Assembly (NCBI GenBank): GCA_032718475.1
Contig: JAUCBJ010003424.1
Span: forward strand, 55,353 to 119,352
Reading direction: 5' to 3'
DNA from: Nemertoderma westbladi
Taxonomy: Eukaryota; Animalia; Xenacoelomorpha
DNA: 64,000 nucleotides
Below the pieces are notes generated by a model, which worked only from the letters and a program-made list of their open reading frames with translations, did no database searches and was not told where the DNA came from. A program made the translations under genes and the position numbers. Positions 1 to 11,000 of the stretch are shown piece after piece. Position 1 is the first letter of the stretch; each line of letters opens with the position of its first letter.

Positions 1-1
1 A

Positions 2-1338
2 TTAGTAAAAGACGTGTGTCAACGATTCCCACAGGTAACTCATATGTTTGCACCGGTTACGACTAAGGAACCTGTTTCGATTGCGGGTAGTAGTGATATT
101 TCTCCTATCCATGGTGCGACGGAACACAGGTTTGTTATTCCGGACGAGTTTATACCGCCAAGAGCAACGTCGTCGCCCATTCCGAAAGTCAAGGTAAGTA
201 ACCCACCGATTACGGATCGTAGTAGTTTATTGACCGGACCTGCGCTACTGACGACAAAACAGGTGAGTCCACCGTCGACACCTAAACCCGTTACACACTA
301 CGCTTACCCAATGACGTTTCGACCAACAAGGCCTTTGGATTCAAATGCTGTCATTCGCCCACCGAACCAGTTTACATCGCAATCTACGACTTCGAGGAAG
401 ACTTGTGAGCCTACCGAACAACGGAGAACAGTGGAGACGCGACCATTCAACCATTTTACATCGCAATCTACGACTTCGAGGAAGACTTGTGAGCCTACCG
501 AACAACGGAGAACAGTGGAGACGCGACCATTCAACCAGTTTACATCGCAATCTACGACTTCGAGGAAGACTTGTGAGCCTACCGAACAACGGAGAACAGT
601 GGAGACGCGACCATTCAACCATTTTACATCGCAATCTACGACTTCGAGGAAGACTTGTGAGCCTACCGAACAACGGAGAACAGTGGAGACGCGACCATTC
701 AACCAGTTTACATCGCAATCTACGACTTCGAGGAAGACTTGTGAGCCTACCGAACAACGGAGAACAGTGGACGATGTTCCGAAACGAAATGTTAGAATTC
801 GTACGACGCAACGGACGCGAGCACGTCGACCACCATATCCGGATGATAGTAGTACTTCGAGCGAATCGGATTACCCGAAACGCGAATGAATATAAACGCG
901 AGCGTTCAGACAACTCCTTTGCAGATAATCCTCCACAGAATACACCAACACAGAAGGCGTTACAACCAACGGACGCAATTAGTACACAACAGTTCGCCGA
1001 CATTCTGCGACCAGTTGTCAATAAGTTGGCTCAGATCGAGGAACGTCTGGAGGAAGGTTACACCGACAGTTCGAGAAATTCCGAATTCGAACACAATAGA
1101 CACCCGAAGGGACCACAAAGACCGGTACCTTCAAACCCCACATCGTATCAGGGAAAAGCGCCAAGAAGGGAGAACATCAACCAGACTACCAACCAAGGAC
1201 GCGAAACTCTGAACGTTGCCGAGGAGATAGCGAAATTCGCAGCCAGACAGGGATTGCCCTGTACAACAACCACCGAAGTTCTCCGGTAGCTCAAAACACT
1301 GGCATACCTTCGTAGACTATATCGAATCCCAGATCGCC
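2..1338 (+). pseudogene. gag: 5' part of BEL/Pao gag, broken by two frameshifts
   Basis: Frame of ORF 14..889 is open from the window edge and P/S/T-rich. It shifts at ~885 (cgcGAATgaatat) into the 345..1289 frame, then at ~1257-1259 (ttgCCCtgta) into the 1339 frame, which reads PVQQPPKFSGSSKHWHTF...EKFNYL, a typical BEL gag (DUF1759-like) start. Confidence 0.7.
365..770 (+). repeat. 84-bp tandem repeat, ~5 copies, inside gag
   Basis: Units start at 365, 449, 533, 617 and 701 and encode N(Q/H)FTSQSTTSRKTCEPTEQRRTVETRPF. Confidence 0.97.
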
Positions 1339-4300
1339 GTGTGCGCCTTTACATCACGGGAGAAGTTCAATTACCTGCTCCAAACGTTGTCAGGAGAACC
1401 TAAACGTTTGGCGGAGACTTTCGTCGGTGTACCGGACGCTTTCGAACTAGCGTACGATCGTTTGACTTCGATATACGGAGGTACAGTGAGCATGGCCAGG
1501 TCAGTAATAGAGGAACTCTGTAAGGGAGGGGCTATCACTAAACCCGTCGACTTACTAAAACTAGCTGACGAGATCAAGAACGCTATCACTACCTTAAGAT
1601 CAATTGGACAACTTGATTACGGGAATACCCCTACAGTCCTATTAAAGATAATAGGACGACTCCACCATCGACTTCGTCGGGAGTGGAGGAAGGTCGAATA
1701 CCAGCGAGAGGAGCGAGGAGGATTCCTAAAATTAGAAGATGTGTACCTTTTAATATCCAGGGAGGCGGTAGTAGAAACTCGATCTAACTACACCGACCAG
1801 CACATCGTGGCAGAAGGGATCACATTGCCATCCTCCAACCGACAAAAACCCCAGACAACATCCACTAAGACGGCCACTTACACCACACCGACGGAATTAC
1901 GACAATTCTCGGACGGTAGTAGGGTATCTGCGCCCATTGGGACAAAACAGACGAGACAGCAACTCAGCACCGACTTCAACAGCTACCAATACTGCGAGCA
2001 TCCAGGTAAGCGGTATATTGGTCACAAGTTACGAGGTTGTCGACAATTTCGCGAGTTGAACTCGGAAGAACGACGGCTGCAAATACGGCCACTGGACTCT
2101 TGTTGGCGATGTACGCGACACGGACACGTGCGCAAGGATTGCCCAAATACCGACACTTGTCCATCCTGTGGACGCAACCATGACGGTCTGCTCCACACAG
2201 ACAGCCACACGCCGACGAAACGCTTCGCCAGGGAACACCCGGAAGCAGCAGCGAGATGTGATGCGGCTTACCGAAAACGAGAATCGAAAACGACTCCAAC
2301 CTTCGTGACCCATATTGAGGATTGCTTCTCAGAACAATCCGGATCGTCGGACGAAGAATCAGAAGACGACGACGAATATTCCAATGGAGACGAACAACCG
2401 TCGATCGCGCTCCTGACTACTGATCAACTGAAGGGATTCAGTGTAATCCCGATTAAGGTTACTGGCACAAAGGGGAGCAAGAGGATCTATGCGATTCTAG
2501 ATTCAGCCTCATCCCATAGCTACGTGGACGAAAAGATAGCTGACGTCGTGACGGATCTAAAACAAGGTAAGCACGTCAGTTATACAGTAAGTAGTATGCA
2601 CGGACAGCGTGCAATACCAGTGACACGAGTTAAGTTGGACTTAGACTCTCTTCTTCCAAAATCGCAGCACAGCGAGAGGGAGAGGTCTTTGTTGCCCTTT
2701 AGAGATCTAACCTTTGCGGCCACGAAGGACTTTAGTAACCTACTAGGTCCAGTGCCGGAACAATCTCTAGAGGACCGTAAGTATTTCAGACACCTTGGTG
2801 TACCCGAATGTCCTGTCAATTATAGATCGGTAGCAATGCTGATCGGGACGGACCAATTCAACCTACATCAGGTGTGGGAAACCAGACCATCGGCAGTTGT
2901 AGCGGGAAACGCATACGCCTGCAGAACGCCGATAGGGTGGTATACTCGAGCGCCTGTGCGCACACTAGACGTAAGTGACGAGGAAGACGATGTACAGAGT
3001 ACATGTAGTTTATTAACTACAAATTCGATTCATTCCTTTTCACACGACGTGAACCATACTACACTACAGTCGACAAAACACGACAGACGTGTAACTAGTA
3101 TGATAAGTCACAAGGAGCAGCTAACCCACAAGGTGAGTTTAGAACTTGGGGAGAAGACGAGTCAGCTGGAGATTCCATCGACGACAGATGATAGGCTTGC
3201 GAGTCTACCTACCCCAATAACCTCAACAGTGCCAGTCGATATCGATGATGACGCGTTGAGAAATCATCAGTTGGAACAAGCCGCCTTGGACAAGGAATTA
3301 ACGGAGAAGACTATCAGGTGGTTAGAACAAGATACAGCTGAACCTGGTAGCTACGAACCTTGTATGTCGGAACAGGAGAAACAATCTCTGAAGATCATGG
3401 AAGATACTATCCGCCAGACGAAAGACGGACATTATGAGGTAGGTATGTTATGGCGTAGCCAAAGTCCTAAACTTATAAACAACTACCCACTGGCTTTAAG
3501 ACGTCTACACTCAATACGGCAACGTCTATTAAAGGACGAGAAAGCCCATCTGCAGTACAACACTCAGATGGAGACGTATTTGACGAAGGGATACGCTATC
3601 CGAATGACTAACCCGGAGCGAGTGACCGACCAAACGTATTACTTGCCACATCACTACGTGAGACACCCCGACAAACCAGACAAAGTACGTGTAGTCAATG
3701 ACTGTGCGGCTCTGTTTGAGGGAATGTCCCTCAATAGTGAGTTGATGGATGGACCGAACATGAATAATTATCTTATGGGGGTGATTATGCGCTTCCGTCA
3801 GCGTCAAGTAGCCTTTACTTGCGACGTTGAAGCGATGTTTCACCAAGTAAAAGCGTTAGAGCGAGACAGAGACAGTTTGTGGTTCCTCTGGTACCCGGAA
3901 GGAGATTTAAGTCTACCACCGGCGACTTACCAAATGCAAGTTCGCGTTTTCGGTGCCAGAGACAGCCCAAATTGTACGATGTACGCCCTAAAGCAGGCCG
4001 CTAGGGATCAGAAACATCTATATGACCCAGAGATAATTAGAATTGTGGAGCGTGACTTTTACGTTGATGACGGATTACAGAGTTGCGACACAGTAGAACG
4101 TGCTACAACAGTAGCACATCAATTACGGGACTGCTTGGCGGGCGGAGGTTTTAACCTCACCAAATTCGCCTCAAACAGTGCCGAATTAGTAGACTCATTC
4201 GGAACTACTGAGCGTGGAGGTGGTGACATAGACCTAGAGTTCGAACCACTACCGACGACTAAGGTGTTGGGGCTCTTTTGGGACCCAAACACAGACAACT

Positions 4301-7300
4301 TTCGAGTGAAAGTGAGACTGGACAGTCAAGAGAACACACTGACCAAGAGATCATGCTTGTCAAAATTGAGCCGATTGTTCGATCCGTTAGGATTCATCAG
4401 TCCAGTGATACTGCAAGCCCGCATTTATATGCGCAGTATATGGAAGGATGGACTAACATGGGACGAGCCGATTTCATCAGACCAAGTGGACTTATGGAAG
4501 ACCTGGGAGGCGGAATTATCTTCGCTAGAGGATTATTTCATACCCAGGGTTTACTTTCCATTACAAAGTACATTTCCTGACAACTTGGAACTACACTGTT
4601 TTTCTGACGCCAGTGACAACGGTTTTGGTGTGGCAGCGTACCTGCGCAGACAAGTAGAATCAGACGAGTTCGATGTTTCGCTCATTACTTCTAAGGCTAA
4701 GACCATGCCTACTAAGTATATGACGACACCACGAGCCGAGCTACAAGCCGCAACCCTGTCAACCACCATCGTGAACCTCATACAGACAGAACTACAGTCG
4801 AGTTTACAGATATTTTATTGGACTGACGCGACGTTGGTTTTATTTTACATAAACAACGACACACTCGAATTCAAGACATTCGTTGCTAACCGTCGCGCGG
4901 AAATTCTAGACCGTTCAATAAAAGAGGATTGGCGACATTGTCCCGGACCACAAAACCCAGCTGATATTGCGTCGCGAGGAATGATGCCTCAGGAATTCTG
5001 TAAACCGGAGAACAAAGAATTTTGGCAACACGGACCCCAGTTCTTACAGAAATCGACACAAGATTGGCCTCCGTTATACGACAACAAGTCCAACACCATT
5101 CCTAAGGACGCCGAAATCAAGAAACCAAAAAAGGGGAAGACAAAGAAAAAGACAACGGCGGCAAAACTCAAGAAAAAACCGAAGGCGAAATGGAAAGATA
5201 TAACTTCAAAGGTCAAGAGAGGAAGACTTGCGAGCCTTTCTACACCAGACATATCGCCAGACGGTCAAACAGACACGTTACTAGACGGTCAACCAGACAT
5301 TTTGCCAGACATATCACAAAATGTTCCACCAGACGCTAGTAACACACTGACAAACAGTAAAGCCGCAGTTTCCCTATTGGAGCGGCCTTCTATTGACAAA
5401 CAACCAGATACGTTACCAGACGTATCGCCAGACACATTACTAGACAGTCGACCAGACATTAGTAATGTATTGACAAACAGTAAAGCCGCAGTTTCTCTAT
5501 TGGAGCGGCCTTGTATTGACAAACTACCAATTTTGACACACTTGAGCAACCATAAGCACGGTGAAACCTCATGTATTACAGATGTGGGTAGTACCTACGC
5601 TAATGTAAATACAGGTGTTACTTTGCGCTCAAGAGACATACCGAACTTGCAACCTATGGTGAAACCTGGGATTAATATCGGCAGAAAAATTAGTTTACCG
5701 AAACCCACTGATCCCATAGAGTTCAAACCACCATTAACGATCGACTTACAAAGTACCGACAATCAAGGTAAGAAGACAAAGAAGGACAAATTACTTGTAG
5801 ACCCGGACGGATCAACAGTCAACAAGGGAATACCTACCGGCGGACCCGTGGGCCCTTCTAGTAATTCAAAACCTTCCAAATTCGCAATTGACTTACCTGA
5901 TGACGTCACAAATACTCATGTCGACCGTATTGTAAACTTAACAGATTCTTGGACAAGCGCTTGCCGAAAATTAGCGTGGATTGTACGTTTTGTACAATAC
6001 GTTAAAGGCAAACGCGACTTTACGCGTCGACTTACATTGACTGAGATTGACAGTTGTGAGATTAAATTAATTCGCCATTACCAACTGCGATATTTCGCGC
6101 GCGAATTCACATCTATAAATCAAGGTCAACCAATCAAGTCGTCACCAATACTGAGTTGGAGTCCGATAATTTATAATGGCTTAATTTGTCATAAATCTCG
6201 GCTTCAAAACATTGACTTTAACACGAACTTTAGGTACCCAATAATAATACCGCAACACCACGAACTACAACGTGCAATGATACTGGACGCACATCTACAT
6301 CTGAAACACGCTGGAAGACACCACTGTCTTTCCTACTTACGTACTAGATTTGTATTAATTAGACCCAGTAAAGCATTAAGTTCAGTGACACGTACGTGTA
6401 TTATTTGTAAAAAGGTACATTCTAGAATAGGTACCCAAGAAATGAGTGAACTACCACAAGCACGACTTCAAGCATTCAGACCACCTTTTACAGAGACTGG
6501 AATTGATTGCTTTGGTCCCATACATACGAAACGTGGACGTATACTAGTAAAACGCTGGGGACTGATTTTCACATGTATGTCCAGTAGGGCAGTTCATATT
6601 GAACGTGTGATGGATCTTTCCACCAACGCGTTTATACTAGCACTGCGGCGATTTATCGCTAGACGCGGACTAGTGAAATGCTTGTACTCAGACCAAGGGA
6701 CAAACTTTGTTGGTGCTCGGAATGAGATTGCTAGAGCCTTTAAGAAATTAGATCATGATCAAATCTCGAACGAACTGCAACCTCACAAGATTGTTTGGAA
6801 GTTTAATCCTCCAGATAGTCCTTGGAGAGGCGGAGTCTGGGAGAGATTGATTAGATCTATCAAAACGGCCATGGCAAAGGTCATTCCAGTAAACCACATA
6901 TTAACAGACGACCAACTGACAACATTGTTTGTTGAAATCGAGGCAATACTAAATACTAGACCAATAGTATTAGTACCCGATGACAAACAATCTCAGTTTG
7001 CTTTGACACCGGCACACCTGCTTATGCAGGCACCGACAACTTTGACACCTATTTCTATTCCAATAGAAAGCGACAGTTACGGTAGAAAAGCGTGGAAAAT
7101 CACGCAACTACTAGCTACCAAATTCTGGGAAATATGGCAAAACCATTATTTGCCCTCTATTTCTGCCAGAACAAACTGGTACAATAACACCCGCGCATTA
7201 AAGCCGGGAGATCACGTGCTGTTAGCGGAAGTGAATCTAAAAAGACGCTTCTGGATAACAGGTGTAATTTTAGCCACACATCCATCTATGGATGGAGTGA

Positions 7301-7428
7301 CAAGAACTGTGACAGTACGGACAATTGACGGTCGTACAGTAGACAGACCGACTCAACGTCTCGTACTTCTTGAAGAGACTCGTAACGAGTCTGGAGACTA
7401 CAAATCTCCACCTAATACTAGTAAATAA
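1339..7428 (+). CDS. pol: BEL/Pao gag-pol polyprotein (gag C-terminus, Cys/His knuckles, aspartic protease, RT, RNase H, integrase)
   Basis: CWRCTRHGHVRKDC and CPSCGRNHDGLLH; protease AILDSAS; RT YLPHH, DVEAMFHQV, FGARDSP, FYVDD; RNase H LHCFSDAS, PRAELQAA, WTDA, NPADIASRG; integrase HLKHAG/CIIC, GIDCFGP, SDQGTNF, PWRGGVWERLIRS. The true start is upstream of 1339. Confidence 0.97.
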   Translation: MCAFTSREKFNYLLQTLSGEPKRLAETFVGVPDAFELAYDRLTSIYGGTVSMARSVIEELCKGGAITKPVDLLKLADEIKNAITTLRSIGQLDYGNTPTVLLKIIGRLHHRLRREWRKVEYQREERGGFLKLEDVYLLISREAVVETRSNYTDQHIVAEGITLPSSNRQKPQTTSTKTATYTTPTELRQFSDGSRVSAPIGTKQTRQQLSTDFNSYQYCEHPGKRYIGHKLRGCRQFRELNSEERRLQIRPLDSCWRCTRHGHVRKDCPNTDTCPSCGRNHDGLLHTDSHTPTKRFAREHPEAAARCDAAYRKRESKTTPTFVTHIEDCFSEQSGSSDEESEDDDEYSNGDEQPSIALLTTDQLKGFSVIPIKVTGTKGSKRIYAILDSASSHSYVDEKIADVVTDLKQGKHVSYTVSSMHGQRAIPVTRVKLDLDSLLPKSQHSERERSLLPFRDLTFAATKDFSNLLGPVPEQSLEDRKYFRHLGVPECPVNYRSVAMLIGTDQFNLHQVWETRPSAVVAGNAYACRTPIGWYTRAPVRTLDVSDEEDDVQSTCSLLTTNSIHSFSHDVNHTTLQSTKHDRRVTSMISHKEQLTHKVSLELGEKTSQLEIPSTTDDRLASLPTPITSTVPVDIDDDALRNHQLEQAALDKELTEKTIRWLEQDTAEPGSYEPCMSEQEKQSLKIMEDTIRQTKDGHYEVGMLWRSQSPKLINNYPLALRRLHSIRQRLLKDEKAHLQYNTQMETYLTKGYAIRMTNPERVTDQTYYLPHHYVRHPDKPDKVRVVNDCAALFEGMSLNSELMDGPNMNNYLMGVIMRFRQRQVAFTCDVEAMFHQVKALERDRDSLWFLWYPEGDLSLPPATYQMQVRVFGARDSPNCTMYALKQAARDQKHLYDPEIIRIVERDFYVDDGLQSCDTVERATTVAHQLRDCLAGGGFNLTKFASNSAELVDSFGTTERGGGDIDLEFEPLPTTKVLGLFWDPNTDNFRVKVRLDSQENTLTKRSCLSKLSRLFDPLGFISPVILQARIYMRSIWKDGLTWDEPISSDQVDLWKTWEAELSSLEDYFIPRVYFPLQSTFPDNLELHCFSDASDNGFGVAAYLRRQVESDEFDVSLITSKAKTMPTKYMTTPRAELQAATLSTTIVNLIQTELQSSLQIFYWTDATLVLFYINNDTLEFKTFVANRRAEILDRSIKEDWRHCPGPQNPADIASRGMMPQEFCKPENKEFWQHGPQFLQKSTQDWPPLYDNKSNTIPKDAEIKKPKKGKTKKKTTAAKLKKKPKAKWKDITSKVKRGRLASLSTPDISPDGQTDTLLDGQPDILPDISQNVPPDASNTLTNSKAAVSLLERPSIDKQPDTLPDVSPDTLLDSRPDISNVLTNSKAAVSLLERPCIDKLPILTHLSNHKHGETSCITDVGSTYANVNTGVTLRSRDIPNLQPMVKPGINIGRKISLPKPTDPIEFKPPLTIDLQSTDNQGKKTKKDKLLVDPDGSTVNKGIPTGGPVGPSSNSKPSKFAIDLPDDVTNTHVDRIVNLTDSWTSACRKLAWIVRFVQYVKGKRDFTRRLTLTEIDSCEIKLIRHYQLRYFAREFTSINQGQPIKSSPILSWSPIIYNGLICHKSRLQNIDFNTNFRYPIIIPQHHELQRAMILDAHLHLKHAGRHHCLSYLRTRFVLIRPSKALSSVTRTCIICKKVHSRIGTQEMSELPQARLQAFRPPFTETGIDCFGPIHTKRGRILVKRWGLIFTCMSSRAVHIERVMDLSTNAFILALRRFIARRGLVKCLYSDQGTNFVGARNEIARAFKKLDHDQISNELQPHKIVWKFNPPDSPWRGGVWERLIRSIKTAMAKVIPVNHILTDDQLTTLFVEIEAILNTRPIVLVPDDKQSQFALTPAHLLMQAPTTLTPISIPIESDSYGRKAWKITQLLATKFWEIWQNHYLPSISARTNWYNNTRALKPGDHVLLAEVNLKRRFWITGVILATHPSMDGVTRTVTVRTIDGRTVDRPTQRLVLLEETRNESGDYKSPPNTSK

Positions 7429-8083
7429 TTAGGAGTTTACAAATAGATTTCCACGTACCTGTACACCGTAGTAAGGACAGCGGTAGAATTCCATTGTCTT
7501 TATATGTGAACATTGAGGGTAGTACCCTTATGTGTCACATAGGAGCGGGATTTGTAGGTATAAGAAATGGAATTCTACTTGGAACTCACAATATTGAGAC
7601 ATTTTCGAAATTTTAGACAATCCATTTGGATTTGAAAATTTTAAAATTTTCTCCAGTGAATAGATTTCAGGGTACAGTCGGGTGGAACTTAAAATTAGAG
7701 AAACAAGAGAGGAAGACTTGCGAGCCTTTCTTAAAATTTTAATTAAATTTTACACGGTCTTGTTTCAATAAGTTACGTCAAAATAGACTCCCCTATATTT
7801 ATTACTAATTCTTGATTGCTTATTTTCTGATAATAGTTTGGGATCAAAAGGTGAGTATTTTAGACTCACGGCCAGTTTAGCCCAAATTCGTTTTACTTCG
7901 GCAAAAAATTTTAGATAAGAAGCAGCGTGTCATTAAAGAAACCCTAGATCTTAGGCTATGGGTAGGAGGTTAGAGCGTTGTCGAGCCCAAAGGGCAGACG
8001 AAACTCTCACGTCTCCTCACAACTAACTACAAACTCTGTTGTATTCCCTCTAGTAGTAATGATTATGTAACTACACCCTAATT

Positions 8084-11000
8084 ATGGAGAAAGGGATACA
8101 AGGAGAGCCGAGATGGGGATATGATATCCAAGAAGAGGCAGCAGCGCCATTCGAAAGATTTGGAGCCAAGGATTACACTATATTTGGTATAAAAGAATTA
8201 TCGGAAAGTACAGCGAAACTCGCGAGAACTAAATATGACTCGAATGTATTAAAGAGAAGGCAAAACGCATTAAACGAAAGAATCGAAAGTTTGCGCCAAA
8301 CCTTCAACGAACTTTACCCGTACGATGCTTTGTGTGATACGGGAGACATTAGCGAAGACCCCGATACTGAAATTAGTCGTTTGTATCATACCATGCAATA
8401 CCTAAAGGCGCACGAACCTATGCCCGCGGTACGCGATGAATTCGATGGAATGCATCTTTACAGACGAACTCGAGGGGACGATAGAGAAACCAAGGAAGCA
8501 TTTTCAGTTTATAAACTTTATTATCAATGCGGTTCTTGTATGCGCGAACAACGAAATGCGATTCCGATGCGTTTGAATAAGGAAAATCCCGAACCGATAT
8601 TGGCGAGGTGTTCGAATCATCAACAACTACGCTACCAGGAAGGAGGGTATCCTTTATCGAATCCATATCATTCATTTGCTATGACCGGACCAAAGGCGGG
8701 AGAAACTGTCATTTACCCACCTAAGGTTGTTGAACCCGATGTATTTGAACTTACGCTGGACGAGGCGAATCAGTCAACCCGCGAAAAGAAAGAAGCTCTT
8801 AGCCTATACAGAGCCTACAAGGCTTTCGAGAAAGGTGAGATGGAAGAATGGGGTGGAAGACTCGCGAGCCTACCTTGCCATTGGACGTCACACGATCAAA
8901 CTTCAGCTAAGGAGATGACACCGGAAGTTTTCGAGAGCATAAACTTTGCTCAAAACGTTATTCAGAGATTACAGATTGCATCCCCGGAGAGGCCAAGAGA
9001 AATGCAACCGTATAGTACTTCAACTATGAAACCATTGAGTACGACACTCAATTTCCCTATTAGTATACCAGTCCGACAGGATACGACGTACGAAATACCC
9101 ATCGTGGATCATCCAGAAATCATTTCAAACTTGGAGTTTCTTCCTGCAGTTGTTTTCAGCGATATGAGTAAGATATATGATTTACGTAGACATATTACTC
9201 AAAAGGTCGTGAACAACGTTCCACCTCATATTCAAGATTTCAAGGAACTGGATAGAGCTGGTGCCGACATAGCTCCAAGTAATCTGAAAGGATATCTAAC
9301 CAAGACGATTCGTTTATGGATTGGAACCGGAACCTTCGAGTCGGATACAGATATTGCCGCAGATTGGCGAGGTAAGGTTATTCGTTTCGATGAGGATAAG
9401 GATATAGAGAAGATTTGGCAACCTTCGGAAGAATTGTTGGATGAATGGACTAGGACGTTTAGATCGTTTCAGGAAAACGGTTATATGTTTTACGATAACG
9501 AGGGCGGCAGTCATCAGCAGAGTTTGACTTCTAAGACTATACAGATTAGAGCGGCGGACGGAGTCCTGCACGTTTTCAGTAGACAGAGGAGCGACAAACG
9601 AATGCCGATACCTCCAGCGAATACAAAGCGACACCATCTTATCACCGATATAGTAAAGAAGATGGACCAAGCTTGTAATATTGACGCTAGAATGTTACCG
9701 AAGATGGTAAGAAACATGATTTTAGATAAAACTGTTGTAAAGGTTGGATCAGGAGTAAGGGAGGATTTAATTAGCGACTTCGCCGGCATGACGGACAGCG
9801 ATGACCGACTACCGACACCATACGTCGACACTCGACCTCTTATTCTGTGGTCTATAGAACAGGGATATTTTCGTGAGTATAATACTCAGAAGACTGGAAC
9901 TGGATACATTTCCTACCTGCTATTCAATTGGGATTATAAGGAAGGTAAAAGGAACAAGTATATTGAAACTTATGGAGAAGGTGATACTCCAGATATGAGT
10001 GAGTTTGAATCACAGCTTAAATGGAGAGGATGCGTGTATTGGGCTATTACGTCACCTCCAAGAGCGGTCTTACAATATTATTTAGCGATAGAGTCGTCAG
10101 TGAATGTTTGCCTAATCGCCGACATTGTGTCTCGGACTCTCAAAAGACATCCACTTTGTCTCGGAGAAGATCATACGTTCTACATGGAAGGGAGAATTCG
10201 TACCGACGTGTTTAGACGATTCCTTGAACCCTTCTACAACTCCGACGCTCAGTGTAATGCCTTTACTCGAGCAGGATTTAGTATATTTCGAGACGTGTAT
10301 CTTCGCTGTGCGGGATCTCTTATCGAAAGACCATCTATGTTTACATTGTTACCCTATGAAGGAGAACGTATCGTGGAGATTACGGATGAATCACGGCAGA
10401 CGCGCGCGCCTATCGGTCACCTTGGTGATGAATTCGAAGTAACTACTACGATCGCCGACGATCCTTTAGAGGAACTTCTTGAGATAGAAAGGAACCTCCC
10501 GAAGAAATCTCAGACGGAGATTCGACAACTTGAAGCAACAGATGCTATAGTTTGTATACAACCTTCAGAGACCTACCAACCCATAGACCCAGATGATTAC
10601 GATTATAGTATGGGAGGAAGCGCTCGACCGATTGGAGATCTTATATACGAACGAGTGTGGTACCCTGCTAATACGATGTGTAGTAAATGTGGCGTCGCTG
10701 GACATCATATGGCAAAGTGCAGTGGAAAGCACATTACTACGACTCAGCTAATCTGTGGATGGTGTGGGGATCAAGGGTCTCATACCTTTTATACTTGCTG
10801 GAGATTTATGGCTCAATGTACTTACTGCAATATAAAGGGACATCGAGCATCTGAATGCCAACTAAGAGACATACCTTATGAACACGAATCTGTAAAACTC
10901 GTGAGGAAATTATTTGATGAGTGGGAAGATTTAGCCGACGAACATGTATCGGCACAGAGAAGACGGTTTCCGATGAGAGCGCATCTCGGATTTTGGGCGG

